Shown: positions 24,358-37,459, counted from the whole stretch's first letter. The stretch: 63,501 bases of DNA, filler included, from Octopus bimaculoides (GCF_001194135.2; 8 parts of 7 records of this genome joined end to end with filler, not necessarily neighbours in it), one strand, 5' to 3'. The notes: a model not told the origin generated them from the sequence alone. Translations and numbers: made by a program.

Positions 24358-25502
24358 ATATGTATGTATGTATAGATAGACAGATAGATATAGACATACA
24401 TACGTAACATACATACACACACATACACACACATACACATATATATGTGGGTATACTGCACACACACATGACGGTTTTCTTGTCATCTTACAAAGCGCTT
24501 ATATAAAGCTTTACTGTAGCTTTTAGCAGTACATCCACAAGATCATTTAATTGTTTTACGTATTGAAATTACTACGAACTACGATTTAATCTCAAACAAT
24601 AACAACTTCTTGACTAACGAGAAATAGCAGCTACATTCTCCTCTTACACATTAAATACCAATCATTCTATGATTTCCTCCTTAGCATAAGTCAATGAGGT
24701 AGCCTCTACGCTGTCGCTGCACTTAAAAGAAGCCGTAGCTATATCCCTTCAAATCACACTCTGAAGCATTGTCAAATTAAAGAATAGCTTAGACAATATA
24801 GTAATAGACAGAAACAAAGAAAAAAGCGAACGTTTTAGGTTCTTTTCGGTTGGTCACACAACAACGGCAGAAGATAATGCTGTAGGTAAAAGCAAGAATG
24901 GATGAAAAGAAACCAATCAATGATTTTCTCAATATATTGACAAAACTAATGATTTTATTTTCTTGCGTCCAATAGATAGAAATACAAGAATTGTAAGCAA
25001 GTAGCTAGCATACTTAAACAGTTTCTGGTTCCCTGGCGTAAAATTGCAACGAACGCGGTTAGAGAAGATGGATGTAACATGAATAGCAGAAAGATATCTG
25101 ATAAATCGTTGGAAAGAGAATATGCAATAATCTGAAAGGAAGTAAATATGGTTTATGAGAGAATATGGAAATTAAAATTAGCGTAAAACATATATCTCTG
25201 TAAAACTAACTTGTGATAACAAGCTAGCGTTGGAGCCTCAATTGGATCGCTAAACCTTATAGAAAAGGCAATAAAATTGTCTTCGAACGATTTACAAACG
25301 AGAAGTCACATTACATAAGGAACTCCTAGATGTCTTATCTGAAAACAGGATGGAATGGTTATGGCTAGAACGCTCTGATCATAAATTTCCTTGATGAACA
25401 TCGATCTGAGGAACATCGATACGTTGATTTCATTGTCTTTATATGTTCAACACTATTTTTGTTTCGAGCCTATTCTTTTATCATTTCCTATTTTCCCCTC
25501 TT

Positions 25503-25763
25503 TCACTCACACACTAACTCATTTATCCACCCACTCACTTATTTACCAACACTCCCATTCGCTCACTCACTCATTCACTCACTCACCTGCTCACCTGCTC
25601 ACCTGCTCACTTACTCGGTCATTCGTACACTCACTCATTCATTCACACAATGTTTCACTTACTCATTCACTCAGTCCCCACCCTCACTTATACATTCACT
25701 CACCCATCCACTCACTCACTCACTCACTCACTCACTCACTCACTCACTCACTCACTCACTCAT
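25503..25763. repeat. Degenerate (CACT)n tract
   Basis: Read directly from the sequence. Confidence 0.9.
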
Positions 25764-25924
25764 TAATAACGCGCAATCTATCCACTTTCATAAGAAACCA
25801 TTACTCCTCGACGAAAGATCTTTTCCGAAACGTTAACTTTTTCACGACAAACAAATCTATTTAGTTTTAAAGTGTTTTGTAACAAAAAGAATGAAAGAAT
25901 AAACTATGGCATAGTCATAGCACA

Positions 25925-26420
25925 CAAGAACGCACTTTGATCACCATAGACGGTCCTTTGGGCAGGAAGGACAGAAAGTGGTTATCTATATGCTGGCCTT
26001 AGCGAAAGAGGTTGTGTGGTGAACCTGATTGAAAGGGATGAGGATAGACGCCTTCCTTTTCGGCCAAGATCACAATGACAATTTAAGATTCCCTTTGAAA
26101 AAGAGAGGAATGTGTGAATGAGATTTGATATCCCTCCAGTAAGTTAATTCAAAATTGGATGAATGTGGTTAGGATGACCTGAGTAAGTGGCACCTATTAG
26201 TTGAGGAATGAAGAGAAGAGAGGAGCTCTTGCCATGGTATTCCTGGCGAATAGAGTGGCTCGAAATCTATGGGGTTTCTCGGTTGTCCCTGAGTGGCATT
26301 TCGCCCCCTGTTGGGGAATTTTTGCTACTAGAATATTTTTTGTTTATCAGTATTGTTTTATTGTTTTTATTTCTTTTATATGTTTTAACCCAAAGACTGT
26401 GGCCATGGTGCAACACCACT
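25925..26420 (+). pseudogene. Decayed 3' end of a Tx1/L1-like ORF2 plus 3' UTR
   Basis: Residual peptide GQEGQKVVIYMLALAKEVVW..LKG and W(M)NVVRM, followed by a T-rich UTR; assignment from recalled pattern only. Confidence 0.4.
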
Positions 26421-26588
26421 TTACAAGTGTTTATGTAAATCCAAACTATTCTTGGTCTTTATATTGTCTTGAGTGTTTTTGCGGCCCTTGTGTCCAATAA
26501 AAGCTATTTTTGTTATTATTGTTGCTGTGTTGTAATTGTTGTTCTCGTCATCATCGTTGTTGTCGTTGTTATTGTTGTTGTTGCTATT

Positions 26589-27042
26589 AAGGCAACGAGC
26601 TAGCAGAGTTGTTAACATGCTGGGCAATATGCCTAGCGGCATTTCGTCCGTCTTTACGTTTTAAGGTCAAATTCAGCCGAGGTTGACTTTGCCTTTCATC
26701 CTTTTAGGATCGATAAATTACGTACCAACGAAACACTGGGGTCGATGTAATCAACTAGTCCCCTCCGCCAAAATGTCAGGCCTTGTGTCTATAGTAGAAA
26801 GGATATGAAGGTGGCGAGCTGGCAGAAACGTCAGCACGCCGGGCGAAATGCTTAGCGGTATTTCGTCTGCCACTACGTTCTGAGTTCAAATTCCGCCGAG
26901 GTCGACTTTGCCTTTCATCCTTTTAGGATCGATAAATTACGTACCAACGAAACACTGGGGTCGATGTAATCAACTAGTCCCCTCCGCCAAAATGTCAGGC
27001 CTTGTGTCTATAGTAGAAAGGATATGAAGGTGGCGAGCTGGC
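26589..27042 (+). mobile_element. Head-to-tail tandem SINE-B array, 219-bp period, cut by scaffold end
   Basis: Heads at 26589, 26808 and 27027; the 3' halves are identical, including unusual variants. Confidence 0.85.
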
Positions 27043-27142
27043 NNNNNNNNNNNNNNNNNNNNNNNNNNNNNNNNNNNNNNNNNNNNTTAATTAATTAANN
27101 NNNNNNNNNNNNNNNNNNNNNNNNNNNNNNNNNNNNNNNNNN
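27043..27142. other. Artificial scaffold-joining spacer
   Basis: 44N-TTAATTAATTAA(27087-27098)-44N. Confidence 0.95.
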
Positions 27143-27312
27143 TATTGATAAGGTATGATTTAATAATGAATGTTTGGTTGGGTGTTTAAGTTAATAGACT
27201 TCTTCTCTCTGCTGCTTTTATGAGTCTTCTGTCTTGGGAATTAACACTCATGTTCTTCAGGAAGACACATAAACAAAGATTCTAAGGAACAGATTTATAA
27301 ATAATAATAATG

Positions 27313-27343
<31 letters not shown>

Positions 27344-28048
27344 TAATAATGGTTTCAAATTTTGGTGCAGGGCTTACACACACACACACACACACTTTCT
27401 TGCCTTCAGCACACTTATACACACATGATGGGTTTCTTTTAGTTTCCGTCTACCACATCCACTGACAAGGCTTTGGCGGTCCTGGCAATGTAGTAGAAAT
27501 GAATTTTCCCAATTTGCTGCACACTGGGACTGAATCCAACACCTCATGATTGGGAAGGAAGCTTAGATGTGAATATTCATATATTTTATCATCTGCGAAG
27601 ATGAGGTCAATACTCTGAAAAATTAAGATTGTAAATAAGAGACCTTACTCTTAAGATAACACTCCTTAGTAGTAGTAGTAGTAATTGTAGTAGTAGTAAT
27701 TGTAGTAGTAGTAGTTTAGTGATTTGCTCCTTGTTTGTATGTATGTACATATGTACGTAAGTACGTTTGTATGTATATGGATGTAAGTAAGTATGTATGT
27801 ATGTTTGTATATCCTGTTGTGTTCTGCATACCTTTTCTTATGTTGTCCCAAATAATCTTTTAAGATTAAAGGATCGGTTTTATTGAAATAACTTCCCTGA
27901 GTTTAAGGGGGGAAAAAAAAAGATACTGTCTTTTATCCTTCTAAAGTTAATGAAATGAGTGCAGGGGCTGATGTAGTCAACTTTATTTGGAAGGGCAGTG
28001 CCCCAATATTCTACTTAATCAGAGAGTTGTGTTCTAATTCTGCCTTAG

Positions 28049-28415
28049 CTTTTATCTTTTACTTATTTCAGGCACTGGTCTTCGACCATGCTGAGGCCTT
28101 CACGTTGACAAGTTCAATCAAACAAATCGACTCCAGTCCTTTTTCTATTCTAAAGTCTGGTACTTATTCTATCGGACGCTTTTGCCGAACTATTAAGTTA
28201 CAGGGATGTGAACAAACCAACATTTGTCAAGTGGCAGTGGTGGGAGCAAATACAAAGTCACACACACACAAAGCTTTTCCACAGTTTCCGTCTACCAAAT
28301 TCACTCACAATGCATTGATTGGCCTGGGGTTGTTTTATAAGACTCTTTGTGCAGTGGGATTGAACCCGAAACCACATGCTTGTAAAGCAAGCTTCTTAAC
28401 CACACAGCCATGCTA
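28049..28415 (-). mobile_element. SINE family A
   Basis: Head, centre and tail blocks on the minus strand. Confidence 0.8.
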
Positions 28416-28500
28416 TATTGCTTAATGTTTGTTTATTTATTTTTTCTGAACTTTACCCTTAAGTTTGAAAGTCAGTGCTTCGTTTCACATTGTTCCTCTG

Positions 28501-28555
28501 TGTTCAGCTGAAAATGAGTAGCAGCCTTGTGATGGTACTCCTTTTCAGCTGAGTA
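28501..28555. other. 55-nt hairpin with ~20-bp stem (pre-miRNA-sized)
   Basis: TCAGCTGAAAATGAGTA pairs with TACTCCTTTTCAGCTGA (16/17), extended by G-U pairs. Confidence 0.5.
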
Positions 28556-28849
28556 TGATGTACTCGTATTCAATCCTGTCTCCCTCCAGCTATCATGTCC
28601 TGATAGATCAAGAATGGGAGGACTAAGAGAATCTATGCCTACATGTGACTATACTCAGGCCCCTAAAACAATTAACAAAACCATGATACATGTTACCAGG
28701 CTATACATGATTGGGAGTGACAACTCTGGTATGGTTACATAGAAGAGAAAGTGAAAATATACCATAAGCCTTTTGAGCCATCATTGAAGATTTTGCTCTT
28801 CATAAAGTGTGTCAAGGAAGTTGATTTGGTGGATCACAGCCCTCTAGAC

Positions 28850-29236
28850 CAGCAGTCTGCAAGTTTTTTTTGCATCACAGACTGGTTTCATGCAACAGTT
28901 TTTCCATGGAAAGGAGATCACATTCACGACAAAATATGAAGTGTAGAATATATAATTTAATTATTACATATATAATCCTTTCCACTATAGGCACAAAGCA
29001 CATGGTAGTTTTTCAGGGGCCATGAAAGAATTGTACTTTAGACTGGTAAAGTTTACATGTTATAAATTGGTTATCCGTCCACAATACACAGTTTTTTAAC
29101 AATTAATTTTATACAATTCCTAAGAATATTTAATTACAAAAATACAACAGGAATTTTTAAACAACAAATGGTTATGGGGTTCACCTAAAATAGGAATCGA
29201 AGGGGTCCAGGGGCAAAAAATGGTTGAGAACCCCTG
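28850..29236. mobile_element. hAT-superfamily (Charlie-like) MITE with 8-bp TSD CTCTAGAC
   Basis: CTCTAGAC at 28842-28849 and 29237-29244; termini CAGCAGTCTGCAA and TTGAGAACCCCTG form imperfect TIRs. Confidence 0.6.
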
Positions 29237-29421
29237 CTCTAGACCATTTTCTACGTCTGGGAATATATCAGATGTGAGATGATAGTGAATTATAGTGGCT
29301 CAATTGAAATTTATATTTTTGTGTCTGGCAGACGGCTTTACTACTCATTTATCAATATTGCTGTTTCCATGTGTGTATGGCAAGTAGGCATCAAGTACAT
29401 ACACAGTACATAATACATATA

Positions 29422-29459
<38 letters not shown>

Positions 29460-29585
29460 TGGTCTTAGTATTTGTAGCTTAGAGACGTGTTTATTAAAAG
29501 ATTACCGAAATGTACTTTTATATGTCAGCTTCAGCTGACCAGCGATGGATTAAGTAAAATAAACCTGTGTTTATTNNNNNNNNNN

Positions 29586-29616
<31 letters not shown>

Positions 29617-29689
29617 ATTGCCAGACTTACTGTAAATGCAAATGGTAAAACTGCATGAGAGGGTCCAGCAAAAGTGCCACCTTCTTCCA

Positions 29690-29848
29690 GTGGTTGGCGT
29701 TAGGAAGGGCATCCAGCTGTAGAAACTCTGCCAAATTAGACTGGAGCCTGGTGTTGCCATCCGGTTTCACCAGTCCTCAGTCAAATCGTCCAACCCATGC
29801 TAGCATGGAAAGCGGACGTTAAACGATGATGATGATGATGATGATGAT
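29690..29848 (+). mobile_element. 3' part of a young retroposon with (GAT)n tail (RTE-type tail, SINE or LINE)
   Basis: GTGGTTGGCGTTAGGAAGGGCATCCAGCTGTAGAAAC...GGACGTTAAACGATGATGAT; near-identical copy at 35247-35401. Confidence 0.75.
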
Positions 29849-30061
29849 ATATATATATATTGTTTCAGTCTTTGGACTGTGGCCATCCTGGGGCACTGTC
29901 TTGAAAAGTTTAGTCAAAAGTATCAATCTCAGTACTTTTGTTTTGAAAGTCTGGTACTTAGTCTACCAGTATCTATTAGCTGAACTGTTAAGTTACAGGG
30001 ATGTATACAAACCAATTAGTTGTCAGGCAGTGGTGGGGGACTAACACACACACACACATGT

Positions 30062-30400
30062 GGGTGCAGGTGTAGCTGTGTGGCAGGAAGTTTGCTTCTC
30101 AATTATATGGTTTTGGGTTCAGTCCTATTGCATGGCACCTTGGGTGTCTTCTATAGTCCCAGCTCAATCGGTCTTGCGAGTGGAAACTGAAAGAAGCTTG
30201 TTGTGTGTGTGTGTGTGTGTGTGTATGTAGCTGTATGTGTTTGTCCTCTCCATCACCACTTGATGACTGGTGTTGATGTGTTTATGTCTCCTATAACTTA
30301 GTGGTTCAGCAAAAGAGACCAATGGAATAAGTACAAGGCTTTGAAACAGAAGTCCTGAGGACAATTTGTTTGACTGAAAACCCTTCATGAAAGCATCCAC
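30062..30400 (+). mobile_element. SINE family A, old copy
   Basis: Head GGGTGCAGGTGTAGCTGTGTGG, centre and tail blocks. Confidence 0.75.
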
Positions 30401-31318
30401 ATAAGATGTAGAGAGTCTCTCAGAAATAATAATGCAGTGTTCTCTATTTTAATAAGACATCCACATTAATTTGGATTTGAAGATTACCTTTTGGTCGTAA
30501 TACTGCTTTCATCACTGATAATTAATATATATAAAACATATGTACATGATGGGCTTCCATGCAGTTTCTGTCTATCAAATTCGCTCACAACTTGAAACTG
30601 CATTGTTGCAAAGCAAGTTTGTTCACCAGACAGCTATGCCTGTGCCCATGTTATGGTAACTATTTAGAAATAATAATTCTGAATCGTAGGCTCTGCTGGC
30701 TATCTTGCAGATGGTTGAACATAAAGATGGTTGTGTGATATGAGAGACCGAGAGAACTGGATAATTTTTCCCCCTCCGGCTAACATCCTCTGGTTTTCAG
30801 CCAGTGGTTGACCATGCCAACACAATAGCTTCCTGACACAACATTGTCTCTTGTATTCTTTTCGCTTCTAACAAGTCTTCTTCATTTCAATCTTTCTGAA
30901 AGATCTTCAGACATTGCAATAAAAGACGGAGGCAAAATATAAGGAATTTCTAATGCAGATCTCCCCCACCCCCTCCTCCCCTCCTTCTCTCTTTCTCTCT
31001 CTGTCTTTTGCTTCCAGGAATATTGACACATATTTCTGTTGTTTAATGTATTTTTAATATGTCATATAGCTCCAGCTATCTGTTTTATTGACATTCCAAG
31101 GAAGAGAGAGAGAGAAAGAGAATATTCAAAATGGTTTTTAATCAGATTTATTCTTCCCTCTCCGTCCTCCTTCTCTTCCTCCTCCTCTTTAAATACCAGC
31201 ATATAATTGATCCAGTTGCCAGCTAGAAAATTCAATATTTTCTCTCTTACTCGTCTTTCTCTCTTTTCTCTACATTTGATACAAAGTAAAAGGTTCATTT
31301 TAAACATCTTCTGCCATT

Positions 31319-31374
<56 letters not shown>

Positions 31375-31986
31375 AGTGTCTGAGTATGTATGCACACACA
31401 AAATATATATACGCACATATACACACACACATTCTTATATATATATATCTCAGTGTCTGAGTATGTATGCACACACAAAATATATATACGCACATATACA
31501 CACACACATTCTTATACACGCATAAGCATATGAATACATATCATACACATAATACATATGTATACACGATACATGTAGGCATATATATATATATACGTGT
31601 TCACATATACATATGTATACACACTTTTTCTCTTTTACTTCATGATTCTATGAACCTCCCATAACCAAGAGATAGATCCACTTATTGGTTTTGCTCAACA
31701 AATAATCTTTTTTTTTCTCTTCCTCTTCCCCTTTCCTCTTAAAGTGGCTCAGATTGAAATATGTCACTTCATTTAATTATTTATATTCGTTTAAATATCT
31801 GTTGCTTTTAACTTAATTAATTGTTTAGATTCACTTACTAATTAAAACCATTGAGAACAAACAACTTACTTCTGAACGGTTAAAAAAATATAATGCCACA
31901 CTGGATTTTTTTGTTTATTTTCTTTTGGTAAATTGTTTTTTTTTATATCTCTAATAATAATAATAATAATGATATAAAGTGACATA

Positions 31987-32342
31987 TGCTTTGCAACCAT
32001 GTGAGTTTGGGTTCAGTTCTGCATAGCAACTTGGGCAAATGTCTTCTACAATAATTCCAAGCTGACCAACATTGTGTAAGTGAATTTGGTAGATGAAAAC
32101 TGTGGAAATCAATCATATGTGTGTGTTTGTGTCTTGTTTGTTCTGCTTCCATCATTTGTCAACTGGTGTTGGTTTGTTTCTGTTCCTGTAACTTAGCAGA
32201 GTTTAGCAATGGTGGCCAATAGAATAAACACCGAACTTTAAAAAATAGGTATTTGGAGGCAATTTGTTCAACTAAAATCATTTCAAGGTGGTGCTCCAGC
32301 ATGGTGCAGTCCAATGACTGAAACAAGTTAAAGATTAAAGAT
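31987..32342 (+). mobile_element. SINE family A, old copy
   Basis: Centre and tail blocks ending AATGACTGAAACAAGTTAAAGAT. Confidence 0.75.
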
Positions 32343-35246
32343 ATCTAGCCCTAATCATAAATGCAAAGCAACAGAGAAACCTCCTATAAAATGCAGCAAA
32401 GGACCATTAGGAGAATCTGTAGTGAAAATCCCCTATAAACCGTAGCAAATGAACGTCACAAAAACGGGGTCTTCATCTCCATCTTTACATATTCTCACAG
32501 CAGTCAGTCGTTAAAGAATATTATTTTCTATCTTTTTTTGAAGTTTGTCTTTATAGATTTCGGTGCAAGTAACGCAAGTATGGTTATGTGTTTATTGATT
32601 GCTGGTTTATCGAGGAATTTCTTCAGCATGATATCTGATTGTCTTGGAATATCAAGAATCTCGCGGAAGGCAAATTGACTTTCATTTGTTCAAGTCTTCA
32701 CACACTGTTCCAGGCCTGTCAACAGATAATCATAATACAGTATTTGATATTTTGATCTGCATTTAAGAGGACATGAAACTGCAAGAAGACAAATTTACCA
32801 TTAAATTGTCTTTTAGTGAGGGAAAGGAATTTAGTACAGAAAAAAAAAAAGGTAAAAAAAAAAAGAAAAAGAAAACCAAGTTAAATTTATTACTTTTTAC
32901 TTATTTATTTATTTAGCTTTCTAAAACATTTCTTGTTGCAGAAGAATTTTTATAAATCTCTCCCTCTCATCTTAACTTTTGATGTTCACATTTTATTATC
33001 CAGAACTCTTAGAAGTAACATTCTTCCATATATATTTATACATTGCAACTGGGATTCTTTGCTATATTATGGTTCTATTGATTTGGCAGTTTATTTTTAA
33101 TTTACTGACTTCCTTCCCATATAGACATGAAATAGTTATTACTAAAATGTCTATAATAGTATCGTTATTGTTTAACCCCAACTAAGTCTTCCCCGATCAA
33201 CCAAACCTATGATTTTAACCTTTGTGTTACTATATTTCTATTAAAATACTCCACTTTTGTTGTGATTTTGAAGGTGATTTGACTCTTATATTTAGCAGGT
33301 TGAATGACTGTGTTGAGACCCTCCCCTGCTGTCCCCCACATCTTTGGGATTCTGTTGAGTATATTTACCATTGGAATCATTATAATCAAATGCTTCTTTG
33401 ATGATGTATCTGGACATTGAATTTCAGTGTTCGTTATTTTGGGCCCTTGTGACTAATAAAAAAAATTTAAAAAATTGAATTGTTATTAGGATGACTAGCT
33501 GGCAGAATCTGTAGCACTTTGGACCAAACACTTAGCAGCATTTCATCCAGCTCTTTAGACTTCAAGCTCGAATTCTGATACGGTTGGCATTGCTTTTCGT
33601 CCTTTTGGGATGATCGATAAAATAAATACCAGCAGAAGACTGGGGTTGATGTAATTGACTAACCCCTCCCCCCAGTTGCTGGCATACACATTACACACGT
33701 GTGCATGCACACACACATTAAACACTCACACACACATTACGCACACACATACATACACACACACATGCATATATTATTCTGACATGGTAATTTAATTTTT
33801 TTTGGAGGATGGAAATAAAACTTTTGGAAACTGTAGGATTGAGTTTTTTTTAGAGCATCCTTATTACATGCGCTGTTAGACATTAAAAAAAACCCTAATC
33901 TTTCCTAATCTCTTCAAAATACTATTTATGCTTTTAATGGATTTTAAATTGAATTTTTTTCCAAATAAATTTCAAACAAATTTTTGTTTACTGCCTCAAT
34001 GGTTTAGATATTGGCTATTGATTTTAAAAAATAAGCTGTTGTATAGATTCGTGTTGAGTATGAGAAGGAGTCAGTCGACTTGAATGTTTAGGATTATAAA
34101 GAGATTTTAAACAACAGTGTCTTTAGCAGTTTATATCTTTAAATACATCTTCAAAACGGAACCATAATTCCACAGCTTTTGGTATTTTGTTGGAAACATT
34201 ATAGCTTTCGACTTTATTTGGTAAAATATACCAGATAACAAAAATGAAACATTCTTTAATTAAAACTGATTTAAGATAATGTCTACGTTTTTATCATCAC
34301 TGTCATCATTGTTTTACATCCATTTTCCATGCTGGCATGGGTTGGACAGGTCTTTATAGTCCGTCAGTTATAATTGAGGATTATGATGTATGTAGTCATT
34401 GAACCTGTTAGTAAAAGCAATCTAGTCTGTTAATCTAGCATTTGGTTGCCTCAAGGAAAAAAAACGGGACTAAATTTGCTCTCAAGGCTTTGGTTGGTCT
34501 GGGGCTATAGTAGAAGACATTTGACCAAGGTGCCACACAGTGGGACTGAACCTGAAACCATGAGATTGCAAAGCAAACCTAACCACGCAGCCAGGTCTGT
34601 GCTTGTGGAAGGAAGCATCACACTTAGTGGAGCTTATTCCCAATTCTCAAGACCTTACGTCAGTTGAGAGACATCTCTCTCACTCCTTTTCTCTATGTCT
34701 AGACAAAGTTGCAACTTCTTATTTTTTCTTGCCTCTGGGAAGATTTCAGGACAGCCTTAGAAGCATAACGAACACTTGTCTGTGAGTGCTGTCACAATTT
34801 ACACTGACAGAATCTGTCTTCTTGTGGTACCTTAAACCATTCAGAGTTAAGTATCACATGAAGAGACGGTCTAGTTTCTTTTCTGTATGCCGGTGGGAAA
34901 AATGATTTTCTTTATGACCTTTTGTCTTTCTTATATTTTGTTTTCTTTTGTTTTTGCAAAAGTCATTAAAAGTTCCCAGACATGAATTTTTCATGATCTT
35001 TGAGAAAATTTACCAGTTTTAAAGACGATGGCATCTGTTTGGTAAAACTTGTTGATATTGGAGAGATTCAAAAATAAAAAAGCTTTTACTTGTGCGTGTG
35101 TGTAAATTATTTTAATTATTATAATGGTGAACTGAAGTAAGCAAAAGTAAATAATAGTGTCTTACAGCTGTTTCTGCGATATCCCAGATAATGGATCAAT
35201 GTGTTGATCCACATTTCCATATATATATATATATATATATATATCG

Positions 35247-35401
35247 TCATCATCATCATCATCATCGTTTAACGTCCGCTTTCCATGCTAGCATGGGTTG
35301 GACGATTTGACTGAGGACTGGTGAAACCGGATGGCAACACCAGGCTCCAATCTAATTTGGCAGAGTTTCTACAGCTGGATGCCCTTCCTAACGCCAACCA
35401 C
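35247..35401 (-). mobile_element. Second copy of the (GAT)n-tailed retroposon 3' end
   Basis: Reverse complement matches 29690-29848 with one substitution seen by eye. Confidence 0.8.
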
Positions 35402-35501
35402 NNNNNNNNNNNNNNNNNNNNNNNNNNNNNNNNNNNNNNNNNNNNTTAATTAATTAANNNNNNNNNNNNNNNNNNNNNNNNNNNNNNNNNNNNNNNNNNN
35501 N
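35402..35501. other. Artificial scaffold-joining spacer
   Basis: 44N-TTAATTAATTAA(35446-35457)-44N. Confidence 0.95.
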
Positions 35502-35731
35502 GTTTTATCTTCTGCCCAGATTTTATTCCAAAATTCTTGCACTTCTTCTTTTGATGGGACAGAGTTTATTGTTACTGGTGTTTTCCCTATCTTCCTGTAG
35601 AAATTTTTGGGGTTATTTTTGAACATGTTATTATCTCGGAAGAATCTAACACGCTTTTCATACCTTGCTATGCGGGCAGCTTTAGCACATACCTTTTGCT
35701 TGATGGTTTCTATGGTGGCATCAATGTCAAC

Positions 35732-35745
<14 letters not shown>
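35502..35745 (-). mobile_element. R4/Dong-type non-LTR element fragment (pre-RT region), open frame, 5' junction in a (TAA)n tract
   Basis: IETIKQKVCAKAARIARYEKRVRFFRDNNMFKNNPKNFYRKIG...PSKEEVQEFWNKIW. Confidence 0.8.
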
Positions 35746-35779
<34 letters not shown>

Positions 35780-35843
35780 CATCATCATCATTATTATCGT
35801 TATTTAGTGCAGAAATTTCTGATAGCTGGTAATTTATATCTTT

Positions 35844-36483
35844 CGCAAAGATGGTAAGATATGACCAAAGAATGAAGGGTCACCACCAGAATAGGTTATT
35901 CAGAGGAGATTAGAAGAGATTCTACAAAGAAATAAATGGAGAGTGTACAGATGAAAAGTTGATACCAAATAACAGCGAAAGTCAAAGGTTTTGGAGTGAC
36001 ATCTGGAGCAAAGACAAGGAGTACAAGAAGGATGTTGAATGGCTGCAAGAGCTGCAACAAACAGTAGTCTGTGAAAAACAGGCAGGACTAGTCGTTTCAG
36101 TTAAGGAAGTAAAGGAGATCAGCAAAAATATGAGCAACTGGAAGGCCCCGGGACCAGATAGAGTTCAAGGGTACTGGATCAAAAGATTTAGTGAATGTCA
36201 TGCACGAATAGCAGCGCAAATCAACACCTTGTTAAATGCCGATCAAGCAACACCAGAGTGGTTGACATTGAGTAGGACAGTGTTGTGCCTGAAAAACATC
36301 GAAAAAGGCAATACGGTAGACAATTACAGGTCGATATCCTGTTTGCCACTTATGTGGAAGTTATTGACTGGAATACTCGCAGAGTCAATGTACGAACATC
36401 TGGAAAAAATGGAGTCCTGCTACATATGTAGAAGAGTTGCAAGCGTAACTGCAGAGGTACCAATCTGGTGTGTTTATTTTTAA
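35844..36483 (+). pseudogene. R4/Dong-type RT N-terminal fragment
   Basis: QNRLFRGD*KRFYKEING, FWSDIWS, NWKAPGPDRVQGYWIK, YRSISCLPLMWKLLTGI. Confidence 0.85.
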
Positions 36484-37225
36484 TAGCCTTCCAATGTATA
36501 CAGTACGTTTCTCTGCCCTATGTGTCAGGAAGACACTCGGCAAGAAATGGAAGCAGAATTGAAAGATGCTACTGAAAAGAAGAAGGGGGAGGAAGAAGAG
36601 AAGAAGAGAAAAAGAAGACGAAGAAGAAGAAGAAGAAGAAGAAGAAGAAGAAGAAGAAGAAGAAGAAGAAGAAGAAGAAGAAGAAGAACAACAACAACAA
36701 CAACAACAACAACAACCTTTCAAAATAGACACTCGGCCAGAAGTTTTGAGGGAATGGGTTAGTCGATTGCATCGACCCAAGTGTTTCCCTGATGCTTAAT
36801 TTATCGACCCCGAAAGAATGAAAGGCAAAGTCGACCTCGGCGGAATTTGAACTCGGAACGTAACGGTAGACGAAACGCCGCCAAACATTTTGTTCAGCGT
36901 GCGCTAATGATGTGTGTGCGCGCGCGCGTTCCTATGTGTAGCGGTTCAACAAAATGACCGATCGAATAAGTACCAGGCTTTAAAAAAATAAGTACTGGGG
37001 TCTATTTGTTCGACTAAGTGCTTCAAGGCGGTGCCCCAGCAAAGCTACAGTTCAATGACTGAAACAAGTAAAAGGCAAAAGATATTTGCTAATGAATTAT
37101 GCTTGTAATGATGGACGGTAAAACAGCAAAGTGGAGCCGAGAACAAGAGCAAAATTTTGTTGTCAAATTTATAAAATTGTTGAAATAGAATTGTTCTCCA
37201 CACATCTACAGAATAAATGACAGCA

Positions 37226-37459
37226 AAGGCGGTGAGCTGGCAGAAACGTTAGCACGCCGGGCGAAATGCTTAGCAGTATTTCGTCTGCCGCTACGTTCTG
37301 AGTTCAAATTCCGCCGAGGTCGACTTTACCTTTCATCCTTTTGGGGGTCGATTAAATAAGTACCAGTTACGCACTGGAGTCGATATAATCGATTTAATCC
37401 GTTTGTCTCTCCTTATTTGTCCCCTCTGCGTGTAGCCCCTAGTGGGCAGTAAAGAAATA
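37226..37459 (+). mobile_element. Full-length young SINE-B monomer with perfect 16-bp TSD
   Basis: AGAATAAATGACAGCA at 37210-37225 and 37460-37475; B-box GAGTTCAAATTCC. Confidence 0.92.

Noticed and set aside
25801-25840. CTCGACGA...CCGAAACGTT hammerhead-like motif as a functional ribozyme
   Set aside because: Core altered and stems I and II do not pair; kept only as a possible relic.
31371-31520. 77-bp exact tandem duplication
   Set aside because: It lies within TA/CA microsatellite; ordinary slippage or an assembly echo.
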